DNA from: an uncultured Acidimicrobiales bacterium
GTDB taxonomy: Bacteria; Actinomycetota; Acidimicrobiia; Acidimicrobiales; UBA10347
NCBI GenBank assembly: GCA_943788915.1
Contig: CALSSD010000006.1
Location: forward strand, 124,001-188,000
DNA length: 64,000 nucleotides
Direction: 5' to 3'
The notes beneath the pieces are model-generated. The model saw only the letters and a program-made list of their open reading frames with translations, had not been told where the DNA came from and did not search any database. Of this stretch, positions 1-8,789 are shown in pieces (within the stretch, counting starts at the first letter, position 1; each line of letters begins with the position of its first letter). Position numbers and translations under genes: made by a program.

Positions 1-6
1 GAACTG

Positions 7-1002
7 TTAGGCCCCAGCCCAGTGGTTGCGAGCTGTTGAGGCGATGCCTGCAGCTAACAGGAAGAGGCCTGCCGAGACCGTCATAGCTGTTGGCACGGTC
101 GTGAATTGAGCGAGCGCGCCCAGAGCGATGCCACCCAGAATTTCACCGAAGGCTTCGGCTTGACCAACGAACGAATGCACTGTTGCCCTGTTCTCTGACG
201 ATGCAAAGGTGTTCGCCCACGTGGTGACGAGTGGGATTGTCGTTAGGAAAAATCCACCCTGCAGAATCAGGCCAAGGCCGGCGAGAGCAAGCACCTCCAT
301 GTGGGCCAGCAACAAGATCCCCACGGCGACGCCTACGAGCAACATGGACATAGCAGGTACTACGGAGGATCCCCGGGCCCGTCGTTTGGCAACCGCCAAC
401 ATGCCAGCACCGATGAGTGAGTGGGCTGCAACCAGAGCACCGATCACCAACACTTCGTCGATGTCATCGGGCAAACCAACGTCGACAAGGCGTTGCACAT
501 CGAGCCGATCGATGGCTTCTTTTGCAAGGCCTCCCATGAAGACAGCGATGACCAGAATACGTAACGGCCGGACCTGGTAGGACTGCGACCATCCGCCTTG
601 GAGCATGCGCAGGAAACCACGCCAGCCCTCGCCGGCGGATCGCACAAAGTTGTTCTCTGGCATAACCGCCATCAGCACGAATCCCCATGCCGCGTAGATC
701 ACGCCGATCACGCTGAGTGTCAGGCTCAACGAGGTCAGTGCCGCAAGGCCTGCAAAAACGATGATGCCGGCAACGGCGGACCACAGTTGGTAGCCAGCAC
801 GCCGAAGGATGAGCGGTTCGGCCTCCTCCGCGCTGCCGAGCTCGTCGGTGATCCAGGCGGTTTCAGCACCGGTCACAAACGTGCTGCCAAAACCAACCAT
901 GATCTGGCTCAGCACGAGCAGCCAGTAGACGTCGGCGTTGGCGCTCAGCACATAGGCGGCGCCGACAACGACGAACGAGATGGCGACCGACCATTTTCGG
1001 CT
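7..1002 (-). pseudogene. MFS transporter (TetA(P)-like family), 3' portion of a gene interrupted by an insertion
   Basis: ORF 7..951 extends in frame upstream to 1002 (SRKWSVAISFVVVGAAY). Multiple TM helices and an MFS GAETAWITDE motif. No own start codon; the 5' part lies at 4454-4648. Confidence 0.9.
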
Positions 1003-1169
1003 ATAGAGATTTTAAATCCCCACAAAGGTTGGAATAGCAACGATTTAGGCGCTTCTGGGGACCCCTGTCCAACCAGTGTCCAACATTGGCGCCCAAAAAT
1101 GCCGGCACCGGCGGCCGTCCAACAGTGCCGGGCACGATCGGCACGATCACTCCCGGTGGCTGGTTTAGG

Positions 1170-2534
1170 TTATGAGTCTTGTCGTCGTCGTTGTTCGCCG
1201 AGGGTGAGGAATCCTAAGCCGAGCAGGGCGAAGGCGAACGTTGCTGCCACAGTGCTAGTGGTTCCCGTGAACGCAAGTTCTGGGGCCTCAGACAGCGCCA
1301 GGACCTCAGACTGCGGCGCCGCAGCGGTGTTGGTTCCCGCAGTCGGGTTCGGCAACACCCACGCTCCAACATCAGCATTGGCAGGCGCATTCACAATTTC
1401 AGGGTATGGCAACCTGGGAGCACAACGTGAAACATTGAGCGCATCGTTGTCGTCGCAATCAACATCGCTGGCCAAACCATCACAATCCCTGTCCACGTAC
1501 ACAAAATTGAACTCACAGTCACCGATATCACTGGATGACTCGTAACAGGCGTTGTCGCCGATACATGACCCATCACCTATCGAGCCGGACGAACCGGGAC
1601 AGGCGCTGTCGCCGATACATGACCCATCACCTATCGAGCCGGACGAACCGGGACAGGCGTCTAGGCCGATACATGACCCATCACCTATCGGACGACTGAA
1701 AGCACTGGGACAGGCGCTAGCGCCGTTGCATGAACCGGCACCTATCGTGCTGGACGAACTGGGACAGGCGGTAGTGGCGTTGCATGAACCATCACCTATC
1801 AGGCTGTTCGAACCGGGACAGGCGGTAGGGGCGTTGCATGAACCGGCACCTATCTGGCTTTCCGAACCGGGACAGGCGGTAGTGGCGTTGCATGAACCGG
1901 CACCTATCAGGCTGGACGAATCGGCACAGGCGGTAGTGGCGTTGCATGAATCATCGCCTATCTGGCTTTCCGAACCGGGACAGGCGGTAGTGGCGTTGCA
2001 TGAACCGGCACCTATCTGGCTGTCCGAACTGGTACAGGCGCTAGTGCCGTTGCATGAACCGGCACCTATCTGGCTTTCCGAACGGGACAGGCGCTAGTGG
2101 CGTTGCATGAACCGGCACCTATCAGGCTGGACGAATCTGGACAGGCGGTAGTGGCGTTGCATGAACCATCACCTATCTGCTGGACGAGTCGAACAGGCTG
2201 CTAGCCGTTACATGAACCATCACCTATCGAGCGGACGATCGGAACAGGCGTCGTCGCCGATACATGAACCATCACCTATCTGGCCGGACGAGTCGACACA
2301 GGCGTCGTCGCCGTTGCATGAATTCTCGCCTATTGGGCCGGTCGCACCTGCGCACGGATCATTGCCGGGGGTGTCTGGCTGGCAACTGGTTTCCGGGTGG
2401 TCGGGTAGGGCGTCGGCTGTGGTGCCGGCCAGCCCGCTCAAAGCCATCACCGTGACAGCAGCCACGACCAAACACACCGCCACCTTCAACATCGAGCGCA
2501 CGGCGCCACTCAAACACTGAACTCGAACCGTCAT
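1170..2534 (-). CDS. Secreted Cys-rich repeat surface protein with LAFTG sortase signal (frameshifted at ~2085-2250)
   Basis: Signal peptide (MLKVAVCLVVAAVTVMALSGLAGTTADA) with GAGAGG RBS before ATG 2534. About 15 repeats of TACPGSxSxIGxGSCNA type, a DRDCDG..DCDDND metal-binding-like motif, then LAFTG + hydrophobic helix + RRR tail. The frame is open from ~2085 to 1170. Confidence 0.75.
1557..2345. repeat. Tandem 54-bp coding repeat, about 15 degenerate copies
   Basis: Units start at 1557, 1611, 1665 (57 bp), 1722, 1776, 1830, 1884, 1938, 1992, 2046 (53 bp), 2099, 2153 and onward. Confidence 0.95.
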
Positions 2535-2785
2535 CAGAAAACCTCTCAAAAGCAGCTTGATCTGCCCCACAGTTAGTGGCTGAGCCTAGTCCACCTTCAC
2601 GCTCGATTAGACAGGTCCAGCGCCGCAGCGTTGAACCACCCCAATCCCGGCACCTAGAACGAGCACATCGACGGTGGTTCGGGGTCCAGTAAATAGGGCC
2701 CCCGAATAGTTTTAAATCACTGGTTTGAGGTTTGAGGTTGAGCGTCTGCTACCTTTACGTCGTTCGTTTAGGTGAGGGTTTGTTT

Positions 2786-4428
2786 ATGTTCGGTCGAGGG
2801 CTTCTTCGTCGTCTTGTTGTTTTGGTTGTGTTGACTCTGGTCACCGCTGTGGTCGTGCCGGGTGTGATGGGACCGTCTGCCTCAGCCGATGGCTGTTCTT
2901 TGAATGTAAATGTGGGCGACGCCTCGTCATTGATTGAGGCTGTCGACTGTTACAACGATCAGTCACCTGCTGGCGATTACACGATCACTCTCACAAGCGA
3001 CATCGAAATCGGATTTGACGACGATGTTGAAATCGACTCGGACACTGACTCGGGCGACCTGACCATCGACGGCAGCGGCTACAAGATCTTCGGCGATGGA
3101 TATGACGAGGATTATCAACTCTTTATTGATAACCCTGGCACTGGGATCGTCTATATCAAAGACATCACCTTCGAGGGCGCTGACGATGACGCCATCGAAT
3201 TTCCACAGGGGTGGCTTGAGGTGTCAGATAGCACCTTCACCGATAACAGCTATGGCATTTATGGCGATCCTGATTGCGACCTAGCCCAGACGTCGACACT
3301 TAGGGTAACTGACAGCAGTTTCACCGGTACCGAAACTAATGCTATTGAGTTCTATAGTGCATTCGATATCGAAATAAAGAACAGTTTCTTCGACGGCGTC
3401 GACGCAGACGAAAGCACGATTTATTTAGAGAACGAATGTGAAAATGCGTACGGCGAAAGCAGATTCGTGATATCTGACAGTCATGTTATGACCAGTTCTA
3501 ACAGTTATGGCATAGACGCTTACGGCGCAGTTGATATTGAAGTAAACAATAGCCTTTTCTCCAGTAATGAAGAAGGGCTAAGTTTAGACAACGACGAAAG
3601 TGAGCTAGCTGTTGTAACGGTATCGGATAGCACATTTATCGGTAACGAGTCATCCTTTGGCGTCAAGTTTATAGGCAACGTTGATGCCCTAATATCTAAC
3701 AGTACTTTCACCTTGCACGACGTCGGCATCTTCTTCGACATTGACACCCTAGAGAACGGTGGCGCTGGGGTCGTTGTATCGAACAGCACCGTGGTCAACA
3801 ACGGCGAGGGTTTTTACGTGTATTCACCAATTTCGGTGCGATCGTCAATATTGGCTGAGAACGAAGACGACTGCTTTGAGGCCGCCTTGACTTCTGTCTG
3901 TTCGGATGAGGGCAACAACTTCAGATCCGGCGAGACGTCGCCTCCAGAGTTTACGTTGCTGTCAGAGGGCTCTCTTGGCGAGTTGGCTGATAACGGTTGT
4001 GTGATACAGACCCCGAACGGTTGCGTACCAACGATCGAGTTGTTGGCAGGATCGAACGCTATCGGTGCTGGCAGCTGCACAGACCTGTTGACTGACCAGC
4101 GCGGTTTCCTCCGCTCTGGTAGCTGTGATGCCGGCGCATATCAACGCAACGGAATAGCACCGACTTCAGAGGCTGGGTCTGCTGCGCCGGTCCCGTACCC
4201 AGGGCCTTTCACTCAGATGCCTGCAGCTTGCTGGCGCACCGTATGGCTGGGGCACTTCACCAGTTGCTGCTGCCAGCCCTGAAACCCCGACTGCAGCGTC
4301 GCGCTGCTGGCGATGGGGTTGCTGGTCTTGCTTACACCGGGACAACCACCACGACCCTTGCATATCTTGCTGTAGGTCTGATTGGGTTTGGCGCCCTACT
4401 CGTACCGGTTAGCCGACGCCGCAACTAA
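2786..4428 (+). CDS. Secreted parallel beta-helix / choice-of-anchor Q-like surface protein with LAYTG sortase signal (frameshifts near 4229 and 4300)
   Basis: Signal peptide and Asp/Asn/Ser-rich 'VxxSTFxxN' beta-helix repeats. C-terminal LGELADNG..LLAGSNAIGAG..TDQRG..CDAGAYQ motif. LAYTG-TM-RRR tail lies in another frame (4228..4428). Confidence 0.75.
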
Positions 4429-4453
4429 ATCAGGTTGCTTGCGGGCTTGCTCG

Positions 4454-4648
4454 ATAGAGATCAGCGACAATCCCCGTGGGGATCTCGAAGAGCAGAATCG
4501 ACAGCTCCATGACCGTGCCGAGCAGCACCAGTTGGAAGGGCTCAAGCTGGACTTCGGTAACAAGGCGAAGAAAGAACAGGCTCCAGAAGCCTCGAGTGCA
4601 CGCTCGACTCAGAATGCCGGACGTAAGGAAAATGCGGGTTGGGGACAA
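4454..4648 (-). pseudogene. MFS transporter, 5' portion (first 65 codons) of the interrupted gene
   Basis: Reads MSPTRIF...LLFEIPTGIVADLY and joins in frame to SRKWSV at 1002, giving the family motif EIPTGIVADLYSRK. Confidence 0.9.
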
Positions 4649-4776
4649 GGTGGCCAGCTTCGCAGACTCCGTGCACGCCGGCTGGCCTTTTACAAGTCAC
4701 CAGTGACGAACGCAGGCCCGAGCGGGGGTAGTCCGGCTTTCGTCTCGTTCCTCGCCGAATCCCTGCCCGACCGGTG

Positions 4777-5214
4777 TTACGCAGGCCCTCGCATGAACAG
4801 CTGTGCACGCCACTCGGGCCGGGCCTCGTCATCGATGGCGAAGACAAAGCTGTAACCAACCCCGGGCTTGAGTCGCAATGCAGTCAGGTTGATGGCAAGC
4901 GCTACGCCCAGCGGGGTTCCCGCTCGCAGCCCTGCCGGCCGTCCGGCCTCGAACCGCCCATTCACGCTTACTGGCTTTTCGCCGATCATTGCGGCTCGGC
5001 CGTCTTCGTCGACCAGGTCGAGTTTCCATTCATGGCTGATATTTGCTCGGTCCCAGGGGACGGTCACATGGATGGCCAGCGCCAACGGTTGTGGCTTCGG
5101 TCCAATGACCGACAACCCGCCGCCGAGCACGAACAACTTGCCATTGCTGGCTTGAGCAGCGTCGCACAGCAGCATGTTCACACGGAGGCCAGACGGGGCT
5201 ACGAAATCTTCCAC
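4777..5214 (-). CDS. Conserved actinobacterial hypothetical protein (DUF6941-like)
   Basis: MLLCDAAQ..GKLFVLGGG motif. TATGGT -10 box 6 nt before GTG at 5214. Confidence 0.7.
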   Translation of the reverse strand: MEDFVAPSGLRVNMLLCDAAQASNGKLFVLGGGLSVIGPKPQPLALAIHVTVPWDRANISHEWKLDLVDEDGRAAMIGEKPVSVNGRFEAGRPAGLRAGTPLGVALAINLTALRLKPGVGYSFVFAIDDEARPEWRAQLFMRGPA

Positions 5215-5278
5215 ACCAGCACCATACGTGCCAGCGCGAGGCACACGGCCGATCACACGCCAGACTGACCGACTGTGA

Positions 5279-5959
5279 TTGAGTCAGAAGACGAGTCCAT
5301 CGAGTCCATCGGTCCTCCGGTCCTCCGAGTCCTCCGAGGAATTGGCGGGCACGCCGACCCCACCCGAAACAACCCTGGCTGTGATTTTGGCCGCAGGTGC
5401 CGGTAGCCGCTTCAACGGACCTGAGCACAAGCTCAAATCCAAGCTGAACAAGAAGCCACTTCTGTGGTGGGCGGCCACCCATGCACTAGCGGCCGGTTTT
5501 GTCGAGGTCCTGGTCATCGAAGGTTCGATCCCAGTGACTGGACTCGTTCCCGACGCAGTGTCGATCGTGCACAACCATGATTGGGCCGATGGGCAGTCAC
5601 GTTCGCTTCAGGTCGCCGTCCACTACGCCGATCTTTCTGGTTATGACACGCTGGTGATCGGGCTGGCAGATCAGCCTTTTGTAACGCCAGAAGCCTGGCG
5701 CCTGGTGTCCTCAAGCCCGAGTCCTATTGCTGTGGCCAAGTTCGACAAACAGGCCACACCGCCGGTGCGATTGCACAGCGATGTGTGGGGCCTGTTGCCA
5801 TTAGACGGTGATGAAGGTGCTCGACAACTCCTCAGAAGTCGCCCTGAATTGGTGACCGAGGTACCCTGCCCAGGAAGTGCGGTAGATGTCGACACCGTTG
5901 TCGAATTCGATCAAGTACGCCGCAACCAAATGACGAAGGAACTTGGCTCATGGACCTGA
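5279..5959 (+). CDS. Nucleotidyltransferase family protein (MocA/MobA-like)
   Basis: VILAAGAGSRF..K, NHDWADGQSRSL, LADQP, GDEGAR and DVDT motifs. Confidence 0.85.
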   Translation: MSQKTSPSSPSVLRSSESSEELAGTPTPPETTLAVILAAGAGSRFNGPEHKLKSKLNKKPLLWWAATHALAAGFVEVLVIEGSIPVTGLVPDAVSIVHNHDWADGQSRSLQVAVHYADLSGYDTLVIGLADQPFVTPEAWRLVSSSPSPIAVAKFDKQATPPVRLHSDVWGLLPLDGDEGARQLLRSRPELVTEVPCPGSAVDVDTVVEFDQVRRNQMTKELGSWT

Positions 5960-6630
5960 ATAACAGCTTCGAAGTCGCAGCAGACCGTGCCACTGCATGG
6001 CGAGTGCTCAACGACGTAGAGCGGATTGCTCCGTGTCTGCCCGGCGCTCAGCTCGAAGAGATCGACGGCGACGAATACAAAGGCAATGTCAAGGTCAAGG
6101 TTGGACCTGTCACGGCGCAGTACAAAGGCAAGGCCACGTTCATCGAACAGAACGAAGCCGAGGGCAAGGTCGTCATCAAGGGTGACGGTCGCGATAGCCG
6201 GGGCGCTGGCAACGCAAGCGCACTCATTACCGCCACGCTGCACGAGATCGATGCCGACAACACCCGCGTCGACGTCTACACCGACCTTTCGATTACCGGT
6301 AAGGCAGCACAGTTCGGTCGTGGCGTCATGGCCGAAGTGAGCGCCAAACTCATGGGCCAGTTCGCCGAGAACCTGCAGGAAGTTCTCGCACAAGAACAGG
6401 CAGGCGGCGATGCCGAAGCAGCCGATGAAGCTGTGCAGGACACCCCAGTCGAGGAAACCAAGGCCGAGGACCCTGTTGTCCATACCGGTCCTCGCAAGAT
6501 CAACATGCCCGAAGCTGAAGCAGTCGACTTGCTCGATGCTGCGGGTGCGTCGGTCTTTAAGCGGGTCCTTCCTGTCGCTGCTGTTGCAGCGCTCCTGCTC
6601 ATCTTGCGCCGAATGTTCCGCAAGGGTTAA
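5950..6630 (+). CDS. CoxG/SRPBCC family protein with C-terminal membrane anchor
   Basis: DVERIAPCLPGA, VKVKVGPV, GKAAQFGRG motifs and a C-terminal hydrophobic helix. Confidence 0.85.
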   Translation: MDLNNSFEVAADRATAWRVLNDVERIAPCLPGAQLEEIDGDEYKGNVKVKVGPVTAQYKGKATFIEQNEAEGKVVIKGDGRDSRGAGNASALITATLHEIDADNTRVDVYTDLSITGKAAQFGRGVMAEVSAKLMGQFAENLQEVLAQEQAGGDAEAADEAVQDTPVEETKAEDPVVHTGPRKINMPEAEAVDLLDAAGASVFKRVLPVAAVAALLLILRRMFRKG

Positions 6631-6654
6631 CGGACCGACCGGAAAGTTCCCGTC

Positions 6655-7143
6655 ATGGCGATACCCCGACCGGCGGCATGGACCCCAGTCGACGACGCAG
6701 ACTTCGCTGTCGTGGCCGATTTGCTCGGTCGTCACCCGCAAGGACATTTTGAGATCGTGTTGCGCCATGACGATGGCACACCACGAGTGATTCGTAATGC
6801 TCCGATTCTGGGCAGCGGTCGTCCTATGCCCACGCTCTACTGGCTCGTGTCGCCTCATGATCGGTTGGTCGTAAGTCGTCTGGAGTCGACGGGTGCGGTC
6901 GATGTCGCCGAGGCCGAGGTCGACGCCGATGAACTGGTTGCAGCCCACCAGGCATATCGGGCCGAACGAGAAGCACTGATTCCCGACGGCTACGACGGTC
7001 ATCGCCCAAGCGCCGGCGTTGGCGGGACCCGTGTCGGCGTCAAGTGCCTGCACGCGCACTATGCGTACTTCCTGGCCGGTGGGCACGATCCCGTTGGCCA
7101 GTGGGTGGCGGATGCACTCTCGGCGGGCCTGGACGACTCGTGA
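6655..7143 (+). CDS. DUF501 family protein
   Basis: PMPTLYWL, RLES and GVKCLHAHYA motifs; directly upstream of ppx. Confidence 0.9.
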   Translation: MAIPRPAAWTPVDDADFAVVADLLGRHPQGHFEIVLRHDDGTPRVIRNAPILGSGRPMPTLYWLVSPHDRLVVSRLESTGAVDVAEAEVDADELVAAHQAYRAEREALIPDGYDGHRPSAGVGGTRVGVKCLHAHYAYFLAGGHDPVGQWVADALSAGLDDS

Positions 7144-8084
7144 CTGACACAACAACTACTGACTTGCCATATGCGGCCATCGACTGTGGTTCGCATTCAA
7201 CCCGGCTGCTGATCATGCATGGTGATACCACGCTGGTTCGCGAGGTCGAGTTGACCAAACTGGGCAAAGGGCTCGACGCAGCGGGGGAACTGCAGCCCGA
7301 GGCGCTCGAACGGGTGTACACCGCGCTCCGTCGTTACCGCAGCCTGCTCGATGACCATCAGGTGGACCCAGCAAGGGTGCGTGTGGCCGCCACTGCTGCT
7401 GCTCGTGATGCGTCAAACGGGCCAGAGTTCATTGCTGCTGCTTCCGCAATTGTTGGGTCACCGGCCCATGTTCTTTCGGGGGTCGAGGAAGGTGAACTCA
7501 CCTTCCTTGGAGCGACACGCGAGCTCAATCCGGCTGATGGGCCGTTTCTGGTCATCGACATTGGGGGAGCCTCGACCGAATTCTCGTGCGGCGGCGACAG
7601 TTTCGACGACGCCATCTCGCTCGATATTGGTTCGGTCCGACTCACCGACATGTACATCGAGACTGACCCGCCAAAGGCCGAGGAATTGTCGAACTGCGTG
7701 ACCTATGCCGCGGCATGGCTCGACGATGTGGATCGCGAACTACCGCAAGCACATCACGCCACGACCGTTGTTGGCGTGGCTGGAACAATTTCCACCGCCG
7801 TTGCGGTCGAAATCGGTATTCCGGAATATGACCGAGATCTGATCCATCACTTCACGCTGACTCGTGAAGCCGCCGAGGATGTCTTCCGCACACTCGCCAC
7901 CGAAAACCGTCAGGATCGTGCCTGCAATCCGGGCCTTCCGATGGGTCGGGTTGACACGATCGTGGGCGGTATGGCCATTCTGGTAAGCATCATGCGTCAC
8001 CTTGGTCTCGACAGCTTGCTCGCCAGTGAATCCGACATACTTGATGGGCTCGCCCGCAGTGTGCAACAGAATCGGCCAACATGA
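7140..8084 (+). CDS. ppx: Ppx/GppA family exopolyphosphatase
   Basis: AAIDCGSHSTRL, ATAAARDASN, DIGGASTE and SESDILDG motifs. GTG start overlaps the DUF501 stop. Confidence 0.9.
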   Translation: MTDTTTTDLPYAAIDCGSHSTRLLIMHGDTTLVREVELTKLGKGLDAAGELQPEALERVYTALRRYRSLLDDHQVDPARVRVAATAAARDASNGPEFIAAASAIVGSPAHVLSGVEEGELTFLGATRELNPADGPFLVIDIGGASTEFSCGGDSFDDAISLDIGSVRLTDMYIETDPPKAEELSNCVTYAAAWLDDVDRELPQAHHATTVVGVAGTISTAVAVEIGIPEYDRDLIHHFTLTREAAEDVFRTLATENRQDRACNPGLPMGRVDTIVGGMAILVSIMRHLGLDSLLASESDILDGLARSVQQNRPT

Positions 8085-8704
8085 TGAGGCGTCGCCCACC
8101 TGCTCCAGAACCAGCTCCATGGTTGACCGGCAATCGCATCACTATGCGTCCTCTGCGCGAAGAAGACTTTGAGCAGTGGCAAGAGGTCCGGCTCGCGAAC
8201 GAGGAATGGCTGCTCAAATGGGAGCCGCTGCGTCCAGCGAACGCACCCGATGCTGTCCGCGACCGCTCGGCATTCCTGGTGCGGTGCGACGCTCGGCGCC
8301 GTGATCGACAAGCCGGGGTCGGGTTCAGCTTCGGCGTATTTGTCGATGGAAACTTTGCTGGCGAAATGAATCTGAGTTCGATTCATCGGGGTGCCCATCA
8401 GAACGCTTACGTCGGGTACTGGATCGATCATCGCCGCGCTGGCCACGGGTATACGCCCGAAGCGTTGGTCGCTCTCATGCAGTTCGGCTTCGACGAGCTC
8501 AACCTGCACCGGCTTCAGATCTCGATCATTCCCCGCAACAGCGCGAGTCGCCGCGTCGTCGAAAAGCTCAATGTCCGGGCTGAAGGTGTTGCCAATCGGT
8601 ACCTGCAGATCAATGGCGTGTGGGAAGACCACATCCGTTACGCGATGACCAGCGAAGAATGGGCAGTGCGATGCATCGATCTCATTCCCACCTGGCTGGG
8701 CTAG
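8081..8704 (+). CDS. GNAT N-acetyltransferase (RimJ/RimL family)
   Basis: YVGYWID..AGHG, LHRLQI..N.ASRRVVEKL and INGVWEDH motifs. Confidence 0.9.
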   Translation: MMRRRPPAPEPAPWLTGNRITMRPLREEDFEQWQEVRLANEEWLLKWEPLRPANAPDAVRDRSAFLVRCDARRRDRQAGVGFSFGVFVDGNFAGEMNLSSIHRGAHQNAYVGYWIDHRRAGHGYTPEALVALMQFGFDELNLHRLQISIIPRNSASRRVVEKLNVRAEGVANRYLQINGVWEDHIRYAMTSEEWAVRCIDLIPTWLG

Positions 8705-8789
8705 TTGTTCTAGTCCGGGTAGTCCTCGTTTCAGCGCCCACCTCGACGGTCGTGGACCACTTCGCTACCTATACGGCAGAGTGTGCCAG

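Larger units (their letters stand above)
1003..4461. mobile_element. Non-autonomous insertion (3443 bp between 8-bp direct repeats ATAGAGAT) carrying two surface-protein genes
   Basis: Exact ATAGAGAT at 1003-1010 and 4454-4461 at both MFS breakpoints. No transposase or integrase ORF inside. Confidence 0.8.

Noticed and set aside
598..1545. Long overlapping or antisense ORFs (e.g. 598..1545, 5911..7155, 10850..12220, 57156..58280)
   Set aside because: Shadow frames of real genes in GC-rich DNA, with no recognisable motifs.
1557..2345. Repeat array as CRISPR, or the + strand ORF 1552..2097 as the gene
   Set aside because: Units are contiguous, degenerate and codon-phased with no unique spacers. 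The minus strand has the signal peptide, Cys periodicity and sorting signal.
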